Below, piece by piece: positions 34,932 through 43,000 of a DNA stretch of 64,000 nucleotides. Below the pieces are notes generated by a model. It made no database searches. It was not told the DNA's origin and was given only the letters and a program-made list of their open reading frames with translations. This stretch comes from a virus. Position numbers and translations under genes: made by a program. The stretch lies in IMG/VR virus record IMGVR_UViG_3300050821_015552, positions 15,811 to 79,810 of that record. One strand, written 5' to 3'. How positions within the stretch are numbered: position 1 is the stretch's first letter; each line of letters starts with the position of its first letter.

Positions 34932-35306
34932 ATGAGCCCAGCAGGGAACGTCGCGGCGGCTTCAGGGTTGGGCGCGGCTGGCGGCGCGTTCGCCGGGTTC
35001 ATGCTCGCCTTCGTCGGCGGCAAGATCGCTGGCGCCGGACCGAAGCATGCCGGGATCGCGGCGCTTCTCGGAACGGTTGTCGGAGCGGTCATCGGCGCAG
35101 CCTCCGTCGGCGCTTACGAGGAGAAGCGCGTGCTGGGCGCCGGCAAGACTGCCGTCGACAAGGCCATCGGCGCGGGCGCCTTCTCGTTCCTGGCGGACGG
35201 CGACTACCCGATCCCCGATCCGTTCCACCACGGCTGCACGATCACCCTGCACTGCACGACCGTCAACGGCAAGCAGGTCTGCACCTCGACGTCGAGCTGC
35301 CCGTGA
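34932..35306 (+). CDS. Glycine-zipper membrane protein with Cys tail
   Basis: TTGCAC-N17-GACTCT-N6-ATG; two GAG motifs. Confidence 0.7.
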   Translation: MSPAGNVAAASGLGAAGGAFAGFMLAFVGGKIAGAGPKHAGIAALLGTVVGAVIGAASVGAYEEKRVLGAGKTAVDKAIGAGAFSFLADGDYPIPDPFHHGCTITLHCTTVNGKQVCTSTSSCP

Positions 35307-35485
35307 ACAGCGCCGCCTGGTACGTGTCCGCCGTCATCGGCGCCCTGATGGGCGCCGGCATCGGCGCGCTGTCCCTGCACACCGAGCGCGCGAAGGGCGC
35401 CGCCATCGGGGGCATCTTGGGCGCGGGACTGGGTGTCGCGATGCGAGCCACGATTCGGCACGAATTGCCGGGAGGTGCATCGTGA
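35303..35485 (+). CDS. Small glycine-zipper membrane protein
   Basis: GxxxG TMs; coupled. Confidence 0.65.
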   Translation: MNSAAWYVSAVIGALMGAGIGALSLHTERAKGAAIGGILGAGLGVAMRATIRHELPGGAS

Positions 35486-35745
35486 AATGGTACTGGGGTC
35501 TCGCGTGGCTTGCAGGCGGAGCTTCCGTTGGAGCTCTTGCCGGCGCAGCCTTCACGCCCGGCGGTGGTGACCGCAAGCACGCTGCGGCGATGGGTGCGGC
35601 CGGTGGTGTCACGCTGGTCGGGATCGCCGCGCTCGGGGCGACCATCTCGCCGGACACGCGAGCTGCGGGGCTGACCGCCGTGCTTCCTGTTGCGGGGCTG
35701 GTCGTGCTCGGCGCCGTCAGCGGCGCTCACCAGCAGCTCACGTGA
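35482..35745 (+). CDS. Small 3-TM glycine-zipper protein
   Basis: GGAGG RBS; hydrophobic. Confidence 0.65.
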   Translation: MKWYWGLAWLAGGASVGALAGAAFTPGGGDRKHAAAMGAAGGVTLVGIAALGATISPDTRAAGLTAVLPVAGLVVLGAVSGAHQQLT

Positions 35746-36188
35746 TAATCGCTCGAGGGCACTCCGTCTCTCTGGAGCTCGCCGACGGCCGCACCATCTA
35801 CGGCCCCCGCGGCAGCGAGATCCTGCACGACGAGACGGGTAAGCAGATCCCCAAGGACGTCGCGCTCGTCATGCGCTTCGAGCACACGGGCCGCAAGCTC
35901 GAGGAGCCACTGCCGAAGTATGTCGGGCAGCACTTCGGCGACTACCAGCCGCGTGATGGTCGAGCGGAGCTGCCGCCGCTGACGCGCGGGTGGACCGAGG
36001 TTGGGCAGATCAGCAAGATCGAGTACACGCGGCGGGGGGAGCTACATCACGGCCAGCAGCGGCGAGAGAAGACGCACGACTTCGGTGAGGGGGGCTTCCT
36101 CTTCGGCAGCAAGATGCCGACGCTCTACAGGCGCGGTGAGGCGCTGATGATTCGGCCGGTTCGTTGGAGCTGGAAGGGCGTCCACTAG
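35742..36188 (+). CDS. Hypothetical protein
   Basis: Coupled ORF; IEY...HDF...PTLY. Confidence 0.65.
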   Translation: MIIARGHSVSLELADGRTIYGPRGSEILHDETGKQIPKDVALVMRFEHTGRKLEEPLPKYVGQHFGDYQPRDGRAELPPLTRGWTEVGQISKIEYTRRGELHHGQQRREKTHDFGEGGFLFGSKMPTLYRRGEALMIRPVRWSWKGVH

Positions 36189-36553
36189 GACGCGCGAGCC
36201 GCCTTCACCGCCACGCGCCAACTCTTCTGCCCCATGCTCCGCGTGAGTCGGCCCGTCGACAGACCGCGCCGGAACGATGCAGCGATGCGGTAGTACGCCG
36301 CGCTCGGCCCGCTGCTACCGGGCGACGTGGACCGTGTCTCGATGCCCAGGCTCATCATGAAGCCCGAGATGCTCTGCGGCTCGATCGCCGTGAGCTTGCG
36401 GCAGATGAACTCGACGTCGTCTTCGGGGTAGCGCGGCAGACCGTCGACCATCTCGATCGAGGGCTGCTGCTCGTTCCTGGTGCGTTTGGCCACGAGCCCA
36501 TTCTGCCCTGCGACAAATTCCCCGTCAACTTCGACTGCTCTGACAAATGCCAC
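36185..36553 (-). CDS. Hypothetical, possible winged-helix regulator
   Basis: GTG 7 nt after GACCTT; divergent from the capsid operon. Confidence 0.5.
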   Translation of the reverse strand: MAFVRAVEVDGEFVAGQNGLVAKRTRNEQQPSIEMVDGLPRYPEDDVEFICRKLTAIEPQSISGFMMSLGIETRSTSPGSSGPSAAYYRIAASFRRGLSTGRLTRSMGQKSWRVAVKAARAS

Positions 36554-36641
36554 GATTCGCAAGGTCGCGATCGTTGGCGCACTCTTCTCCTCGTCAGGTC
36601 GCGCACCACGTTCGCAGCGGCCCCCACGGAGAGAAAAATCG

Positions 36642-38066
36642 ATGGCCTCGAAGAAGCGTAAGAAGGCGAAGAAGAAGACGGGCCGAAAAGGTCGCCGTGG
36701 CGCCTCGCGCAAGACCGAGAAGAAGACGCGCAAGCGCAAGGCTCGCAAGTCGAGCAAGAGAAGCAGGGCTGCACGCAAGGCTGCGAGAACGCGGATGGCC
36801 AAGAAGGAGGCGCGCCGCGCCGCCGCTCGGAAGGCTGCGCGATCGCGCAAGCGCAAGGGCGGCGGCAAGCGCAAGGCTCGCAAGTCTGGCAAGCGCAAGA
36901 GCGCGAAGCGTTCCGCGGCGGCCCGCAAGGGCGCCAGGACGCGCAAGGCACGCAAGAGCGGCAAGACCCGTCGGCGCGCGCGTCGCGCGTCCCCCGAGCG
37001 CATCTACAAGAAGGCGCTGGTCGAGGGCAACCGCCACGAGCGCGCCGCCTCGCGACTGCGCACGCAGTACGAGAAGGCCCTGAAGGCCAACAAGAACCGC
37101 TCGGCCGCGCAGGTCGAGAAGCTGCGCAAGCAGCAGGAGCGCCTCAAGGCCCGCCTGCAGTACCACGAGGGCATGGCGGCCGAAGCGCGCAAGCGCAAGG
37201 GCAAGCGTCGCGGCGGCAAGCGTCGCGAGCGCAACCCCATCGGCTCCGGCGGCATGCAGGAGTACGCGGCCGTCGGCGGCGGCGTGCTCACGGCCATCGC
37301 GCTGACCATCGGCCCCTACCGGATGATCCGCAGCCACGCGCTCGGCTCCGGCGGCGGCCAGGGCAACGTCGACGCTCCCGTGCAGGGCGACGTCCCGAAC
37401 CTGCTGACCGGGCAGCTGCCGCTCTGGTCGCGCCTCAAGTGGAAGGGCGCCATCGCCCTCGGTGTCGTGCTCGTCGGCGACATCGCGCTGCCCCTCTTCG
37501 TCGCCTCGCGCATCAAGACGAGCGACGGCTGGAAGACCTTCTTCCAACTCTGGGGCTGGACGTCGGTGGCGCTCGCCAGCACCAAGCTGGTGGTCGACAC
37601 GCTGGCGCTGGCGACCAAGAGCACCTCGCTCGGCCAGCGCCTCTTCGCCCCCGAGAACACGGCGCGCGACGTGCGCACGATGAGCGCTGCCACTAAGCTG
37701 CCGCCCATCACCGTCGCCCCGGGCGTCGGTCTGCCGGGTCTGACCGGCTACGGCAGCCCGCCTCCCGATCCGAAGCGCCACACGGGCGCGGCTGGATGCG
37801 GCTGCAGCGCGTGCGAGGCCCAGCGCAAGCAGGCCAACCCGAACCAGCCGGGCACCCACCAGCCGATCACGGGCACCACGCCGATGCCGGCGCAGCCCGG
37901 AGCGGTGCAGCCTCCCGGCGGCAACCCGCTCAACTCGAACACCGTCGTGACCGGCCTGCCCGGCAACGGCGTGACCGCTCCCACGGGCGCCGGCAGCGTG
38001 ACGCCCATCAACAAGTTCGCCCCGAAGCCCCGCTTCGACGGCAAGAGCCGATTCGGCACCCGGTAA
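36642..38066 (+). CDS. Arg/Lys-rich histone/protamine-like domain fused to a multi-TM domain (putative core / membrane-DNA linker)
   Basis: GGAG RBS; about 190 aa extremely K/R-rich N-terminus; about 3 hydrophobic segments; directly upstream of the capsid candidates. Confidence 0.8.
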   Translation: MASKKRKKAKKKTGRKGRRGASRKTEKKTRKRKARKSSKRSRAARKAARTRMAKKEARRAAARKAARSRKRKGGGKRKARKSGKRKSAKRSAAARKGARTRKARKSGKTRRRARRASPERIYKKALVEGNRHERAASRLRTQYEKALKANKNRSAAQVEKLRKQQERLKARLQYHEGMAAEARKRKGKRRGGKRRERNPIGSGGMQEYAAVGGGVLTAIALTIGPYRMIRSHALGSGGGQGNVDAPVQGDVPNLLTGQLPLWSRLKWKGAIALGVVLVGDIALPLFVASRIKTSDGWKTFFQLWGWTSVALASTKLVVDTLALATKSTSLGQRLFAPENTARDVRTMSAATKLPPITVAPGVGLPGLTGYGSPPPDPKRHTGAAGCGCSACEAQRKQANPNQPGTHQPITGTTPMPAQPGAVQPPGGNPLNSNTVVTGLPGNGVTAPTGAGSVTPINKFAPKPRFDGKSRFGTR

Positions 38067-38149
38067 CCCTCTTTTTCGCGGCGCCGCACGGCGCTCCGCG
38101 AGCCCGCGATTCCCCCCCATCCCAAGCAACGCAGGAGCGACAGACGATC

Positions 38150-39517
38150 ATGGCCAAGTATTCGAAGACCGACGAAGGCAGGAAGTCCCACAGCCGCACC
38201 CTGGACGAGCGCAGCGGCGCGATGCTCGACAGGTTCGTCGACGACCGGGTCCGGCGCTCCGAAGGGGCGATCGGGGGTCGTCATCTCGGCGCCGGCAAGG
38301 CCTGCGATGATCCCTCGCAGATCGCCGCCTCCATCGTCGATGGCCTCAATTGCGGCATCGAGGATCTCGAGGTCGTGGCCGAAAACCGCGCCTTCTTCGA
38401 GGGGCCGCTGACCCCGGCGCAGGCCGGAAACTTCTTCCTTCCGCAGGTCAACCCCTTCGGCATCGGCACCGCGCAGGGCGCCGTGGACCAGGCGCAGATC
38501 AACATCGACGGCAGCGAGATGGACTGCAACGTCCTCATCACGCACGTCTACTTCCACATGGTGCCGCCCAAGCACACCATGACGGTCGAAGGCGGCTACT
38601 GGTCCCCGTCGCCCACCGCCGCCGGCAACGGGCCGGTCGTGCCGGACGCATGGTCGAACGTCGACCAGGCGACCGACGGCACGGGCACCCTGGGCCTGGG
38701 CGCCGGTCAGACCCTGACCAAGGCTTCGCTCGACACGGGCGAGTGGGCCTGCGACTTCTTCTACGACTTCTGCCGCGCCTACGAGTGGATCTGGAAGATC
38801 GGCAACAACATCCTGATGGAGGCGCCGCTCACCAAGATCGCCTCCATCCGCGGCGCCTCGCAGCCGTGGACCAGCGGTCAGCACCTCAAGCCCTTCGCCC
38901 AGGACGTCGCCGACGCCAACGCGTTTTTCCGCGCCAACGGTGCCAATGGCATCTTCATGCCGCGCAACGCCACGCGCGACGGCTCGGCCAACATCACCAG
39001 CGGCAAGGCCAACTCGAGCTACTTCTCGCCCTACGGCTACTTCCGCGAGCAGGCCACCATCGGTGGCCCCGGCGTGCAGGAGCTGTGCATGAACCCCACG
39101 GTCTACGAGCTGTGCACCGCGCAGCTCTTCCCCCGCGGCGTCAAGCTCGGCATGCACTTCGACCTGATCGACGAGTACGCGCAGGCGCGCTCGGCACGTT
39201 CGGCGACCATGAACCAGCTGACCGGCGGCGGCGGGATCGGCCAGATCAACCCGGACGTCAACGTCACGGGGATCGGCTCGGGCGTCGCGCCCGTGTTCAC
39301 CGAGCTCACCCAGGCGGCGGCGGACGTGCTCATCCAGGAGCCCGTCGGCCGGGTGCTCTGCAAGATCGGCGACTTCTACCTCGTCGCTGGCCTGATGGGT
39401 CACCGCGTCAGTCAGACGCTCTACAGCAAGATCATCGCCAACGAGTCGGCGGTGTGCGACGCGGTCACGGCGGGCACCTTCGGCCGCCGGTCGCTGTCGA
39501 TGATGGCGAGCAAGTAA
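38150..39517 (+). CDS. Putative large major capsid protein (jelly-roll-like)
   Basis: AGGAG RBS, strongly biased codons, beta-strand pattern NVLITHVYF / WKIGNNILMEAPL / YELCTAQLFPRGVKLGMHF / FYLVAGLMG. Confidence 0.6.
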   Translation: MAKYSKTDEGRKSHSRTLDERSGAMLDRFVDDRVRRSEGAIGGRHLGAGKACDDPSQIAASIVDGLNCGIEDLEVVAENRAFFEGPLTPAQAGNFFLPQVNPFGIGTAQGAVDQAQINIDGSEMDCNVLITHVYFHMVPPKHTMTVEGGYWSPSPTAAGNGPVVPDAWSNVDQATDGTGTLGLGAGQTLTKASLDTGEWACDFFYDFCRAYEWIWKIGNNILMEAPLTKIASIRGASQPWTSGQHLKPFAQDVADANAFFRANGANGIFMPRNATRDGSANITSGKANSSYFSPYGYFREQATIGGPGVQELCMNPTVYELCTAQLFPRGVKLGMHFDLIDEYAQARSARSATMNQLTGGGGIGQINPDVNVTGIGSGVAPVFTELTQAAADVLIQEPVGRVLCKIGDFYLVAGLMGHRVSQTLYSKIIANESAVCDAVTAGTFGRRSLSMMASK

Positions 39518-39589
39518 CCGGGCAGCCACGCGCAGGCGGGGCGGCGCCCTCGGCCGCCCGCTGCATCCACCCCCTGACCGGAGACTGCC

Positions 39590-40189
39590 ATGGGCGCCTA
39601 CGTCGTCGATCCGTACATCCAATGGCTGCTCATGAAGAGTCCCGCGCTGGCCTACGGCGTGGTGCTCTACGGACCGCTGGTCCCGTACCCGTTCACGATC
39701 ACGGCCGCCTTCACGGCCGCCGGCAGCCCGTCGCCGATCCTGAACCAAGTGAGCGGCGACGATCCTCTCGACCGGGACATCCTCATCCCGGCCATCGACG
39801 TCGACATCCAGACCAAGGACTTCAACACGGCGAGCATCTTCAAGCCGGAAGCGGACCTGGCCTACGATGAGACGTCGGGCCTGCAGGTGACGATCACCCA
39901 GCGCGGCGCCTTCGGCAAGCAGTACGACCAGATCCCGCTCAAGGCCGTTCCCAAGACGGTCTCGCGCCTCGATCCGATGTGTCTGCTCGAGGAGCAGAAG
40001 CTCCTGATGTCGTTCTTCGTCACGACGCCCCTGCCGAGCGACAGCACGGTGGTCACCGTGACGATGCTGGGCCTCACGTCCCAGAAGGACGCCGTCTTCC
40101 GGATGGACACCAACGTCATTTTCGACAAGCTCGAGGCGCTCGGCTATTGGGTCGACCAGGCTCGGTGCTTCTGGCTGAGCGCGAACTAG
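39590..40189 (+). CDS. Putative small capsid protein (single jelly-roll-like)
   Basis: GGAG RBS; DRDILIPAIDV / LQVTIT / PMCLLEEQKLLMSF / VVTVTMLG. Confidence 0.55.
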   Translation: MGAYVVDPYIQWLLMKSPALAYGVVLYGPLVPYPFTITAAFTAAGSPSPILNQVSGDDPLDRDILIPAIDVDIQTKDFNTASIFKPEADLAYDETSGLQVTITQRGAFGKQYDQIPLKAVPKTVSRLDPMCLLEEQKLLMSFFVTTPLPSDSTVVTVTMLGLTSQKDAVFRMDTNVIFDKLEALGYWVDQARCFWLSAN

Positions 40190-40196
40190 GAGCGCT

Positions 40197-41132
40197 ATGG
40201 GCGCCGCCCTCGCCGAGCATCGAACCCGCCAGCGAGTCTCCTCGCGCGGCTTCGATCCGCTCCTGGGCGGCATCGGCCTGCTGGGCAACCCGAGCGCCGA
40301 TCTGCTCGCCGCCGGCCTGCGCGTGCCGTACCAGTACACCGGAGCCTTCCGGTCGACGGTGCCCGGCGGGGGCCTCGTGCAGCGCTACCTTTTTCAGCTC
40401 TGCTCCATCGGCATCGGCTCGGGGCTGTGGTTGACCGATCTCGGGCAAATGTCGGTGCTGGGCAGCGAGCAGATGTCTGGCACGACGGGCGGCGACGCGC
40501 CCTCGCCGACCAACCCCATCTTCCCCAACGTCATCGAGCAGACCTCGGCGGCCTTCCGCTTTGCCGACTGCCATCCCATTCGCTGGGGCGTACGCCGGGT
40601 GCACAAGCCTCGCGCCCTGCTCAGTGGTCAGGATCCGCTGTCCACGAGCAGCTTCTCCCGCGGCTGGACCGACAACTCGGGCCTGATCTTCGAGACAGCG
40701 GCGTTTCCGAAGGCCAACCTCGACTGGAAGGGCACGCCGGACAACTATCTCACCCTGGCTGGCTACACCGCCCCCGGCGGGGGCGGGATCTTCCCGGGTG
40801 AGCCGGTCGGCGGGGAGCTCGGGTGCTTCGACTCGCTCGACTTCCGCCAGAACGATCCGAATCGGCGCGCCTTCGAGCCTGTGTGGGTCAAGCCCGGCGG
40901 GCAGCTGGTCTTCTACGCGCTCGTGGACCAGACCAACCCGTCCAGCCGCGCGGTCATCCAGGTGCTCGCGCAGTTCCCGCTGCCGACGACAGGCATGCCC
41001 GAGAACGCGTTCATCGGCGACTGGCCCGCGACCATCCAGTTCGCCGTCGGCGGCAGCATGACCGTCGAGATGCGCGAATCGGATGGCGGACCCATCCCCC
41101 GCAGGCGCTACTTCACGGGGGCGCCGTCATGA
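40197..41132 (+). CDS. Putative virion protein (penton / minor capsid candidate)
   Basis: AGGAG RBS; beta-rich with PVWVKPGGQLVFY. Confidence 0.6.
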   Translation: MGAALAEHRTRQRVSSRGFDPLLGGIGLLGNPSADLLAAGLRVPYQYTGAFRSTVPGGGLVQRYLFQLCSIGIGSGLWLTDLGQMSVLGSEQMSGTTGGDAPSPTNPIFPNVIEQTSAAFRFADCHPIRWGVRRVHKPRALLSGQDPLSTSSFSRGWTDNSGLIFETAAFPKANLDWKGTPDNYLTLAGYTAPGGGGIFPGEPVGGELGCFDSLDFRQNDPNRRAFEPVWVKPGGQLVFYALVDQTNPSSRAVIQVLAQFPLPTTGMPENAFIGDWPATIQFAVGGSMTVEMRESDGGPIPRRRYFTGAPS

Positions 41133-41452
41133 GCTTCTCCACCGTCACCTGCGCCTACACGATCAACGCGTCCGGACAGATGACGCCCGCGCAGCTCGCG
41201 GCGTCCATGGCTGCGGCCGACATCCCCATCCCCGTGGAGTTCCTCGAGCTGACGGGCGCCACGGTCACCAGCGACACGACGGCCGCGGGCGCGACCTCGG
41301 CGGCGCGCACGGTCGTCTTCAACATCACCGCGGCGCAGTTCCAGTCGCAGTTCCCCGACGATCCGCTCGGGCCGTTCTGGGGGCTTCTGACGCTGCCCAT
41401 CGCGGAGTACGTCAACGCGCCCGTGCTCGAAGCCTTGCCGGTGGCGGCCTGA
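41129..41452 (+). CDS. Putative virion protein
   Basis: ATGA coupling. Confidence 0.65.
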   Translation: MSFSTVTCAYTINASGQMTPAQLAASMAAADIPIPVEFLELTGATVTSDTTAAGATSAARTVVFNITAAQFQSQFPDDPLGPFWGLLTLPIAEYVNAPVLEALPVAA

Positions 41453-41454
41453 TC

Positions 41455-42039
41455 ATGGACAAGTCGACCAAGGTTGTAATCGGTATCGGTGGGGGCGTCG
41501 TGGCCGCCGTCGTCGTGGCTGCGATCTTCGAGCACTACGCGCACGCTTCGCCGTCACCCCCCGCCCCCGGCACGCTCCTCTGCCCGGACGGCACTCCCGC
41601 GCCCGGCGGCGTCATCACCAACTGCCCTCCGCCGGCCCCCGGCCAGAACCCCTACTCGCCGCCGGGCGGCTGGGTGTACTCGGGCAACCCCACGACCGAC
41701 TACCTGCCGAGCGCTCACCTGCTCCTGCAGGTGGACCCCTGCGCCTGCTCGAGCGTGGGTCTGGTGCGTCGCTTCCAGGCCGCTGCGGGCCTGGTGCAGT
41801 CCGGGCAGTCCGACGGCCGCTACGGACCCGACGTCGCCGAAGCGTTGGCGAACGCGATCCAGGACATGGCGTCGCAGGGCTACAACGTCAGCGGCCTGTC
41901 CGCCCCGGTGGCGTGCGAGACGAGCAACGCGCCGCGCCCCTCCTGGTGGGGCCCCACGAACACGGCGTGGCCGGCGAGCGGCCCCAACCCCTACGAGAAT
42001 CCCAACTGCCCCGGCGATCCAGGGCCGACGTACGCGTGA
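41455..42039 (+). CDS. N-anchored membrane protein with peptidoglycan-binding-like domain
   Basis: TM; VRRFQAAAGL...DGRYGPDVAEAL. Confidence 0.72.
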   Translation: MDKSTKVVIGIGGGVVAAVVVAAIFEHYAHASPSPPAPGTLLCPDGTPAPGGVITNCPPPAPGQNPYSPPGGWVYSGNPTTDYLPSAHLLLQVDPCACSSVGLVRRFQAAAGLVQSGQSDGRYGPDVAEALANAIQDMASQGYNVSGLSAPVACETSNAPRPSWWGPTNTAWPASGPNPYENPNCPGDPGPTYA

Positions 42040-42049
42040 GGAGACGACG

Positions 42050-42412
42050 ATGAACTGGACAGCACTCTCAGGTGGACTCGTCGGCGCCCTCGCAGGCGCC
42101 CTGGCTGGCGGTGGCATCGCCTACGCAGCGACCGACGAGGGCAAGCACGCGACGCCCACGCTGGTCGCTGGCGCGCTCGGTGGCGCGGTGGTGGGCCTCG
42201 GCGGAGCGATGCTCGGCAAGAAGGCCAAGTACAACCGTTGGAACGCGGCCAACCAGGCGTGCCCCGCGGGCCAGGTCGCCGACTACGGGACGCTGCAGTG
42301 CGTGGCTGCGTGCCCGGACGACAGCATCCCCACCAACGGCGCGTGCACGGGCCTGGTCCCGAGTTCGAGCCTGTTCGGCGCGGGCGGGGCGCCCGAGCGG
42401 CTGGCGGGGTGA
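42050..42412 (+). CDS. Glycine-zipper membrane protein with Cys-rich module
   Basis: GAGGAG RBS; CPAGQ...C...CPDD...C; LFGAG. Confidence 0.7.
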   Translation: MNWTALSGGLVGALAGALAGGGIAYAATDEGKHATPTLVAGALGGAVVGLGGAMLGKKAKYNRWNAANQACPAGQVADYGTLQCVAACPDDSIPTNGACTGLVPSSSLFGAGGAPERLAG

Positions 42413-42424
42413 TAGAAGGAAGCC

Positions 42425-42976
42425 ATGGAAACCGAAGACAAGAGCGAGCCGCAGGAGCAGCGGCAGGTCGGTGCTGGCGCAACGCTTCCGGGCACCGCCG
42501 AGGCGCAGGCGCTGGTGGCGGCCTACCCGGCCGGCGGCTGCACCAACCCGCTGACGGGCGGGGCGTTCTACGACACCGTCAAGGCCTTCAAGGTCGCCTA
42601 CAACATCGGCATCAACCTGGGCGACACCTCGGGGCCCAACGGCGACGGTCCCTCGACGACGGCCGGCTACCTGCAGCACAACGGCGACTACGACCAGGCG
42701 ACGGCGGACGCAGTCACTGCGGCCCTGGGGTCGGCGCCGGCACCGTGCGCGGCGAGCGGCGGAGGGGGCGGCGGCAATGTGACGCCTCCGGCCAACAACA
42801 ACGTGCCGGCGACCACGGGCGGAATGAGCGGGTGGGTGAAGGCGATCCTATGGGTGATCGCTCTCGCGGGTGCCGTCGGCCTGGGCCTCTGGCTCTGGAA
42901 GACGTTCGGCAGCTCGAGGCCGATGGCGGCGGAGAGCAAGAAGAAGCGCGGCAAGAGGACAGGTAGAAAGCGTTAA
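42425..42976 (+). CDS. PG-binding-like protein with C-terminal TM and basic tail
   Basis: VGAG at aa 15-18; VKAFKVAYN...GDYDQATADA; TM; KKKRGKR. Confidence 0.72.
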   Translation: METEDKSEPQEQRQVGAGATLPGTAEAQALVAAYPAGGCTNPLTGGAFYDTVKAFKVAYNIGINLGDTSGPNGDGPSTTAGYLQHNGDYDQATADAVTAALGSAPAPCAASGGGGGGNVTPPANNNVPATTGGMSGWVKAILWVIALAGAVGLGLWLWKTFGSSRPMAAESKKKRGKRTGRKR

Positions 42977-43000
42977 TGCGTTTGTGGTAGGGTCGTTCGC

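Noticed and set aside
36594-40339. Long minus-strand ORFs (511 aa, 863 aa) and similar ones at 23471-25231, 30485-31795, 51376-53208
   Set aside because: Antisense or alternate-frame shadows of high-GC3 genes; no motifs or RBS
12845-42976. Tailed-phage head/tail module or packaging ATPase
   Set aside because: No terminase or FtsK/HerA Walker motifs, portal, tape measure or baseplate patterns recognised; they could lie outside the window
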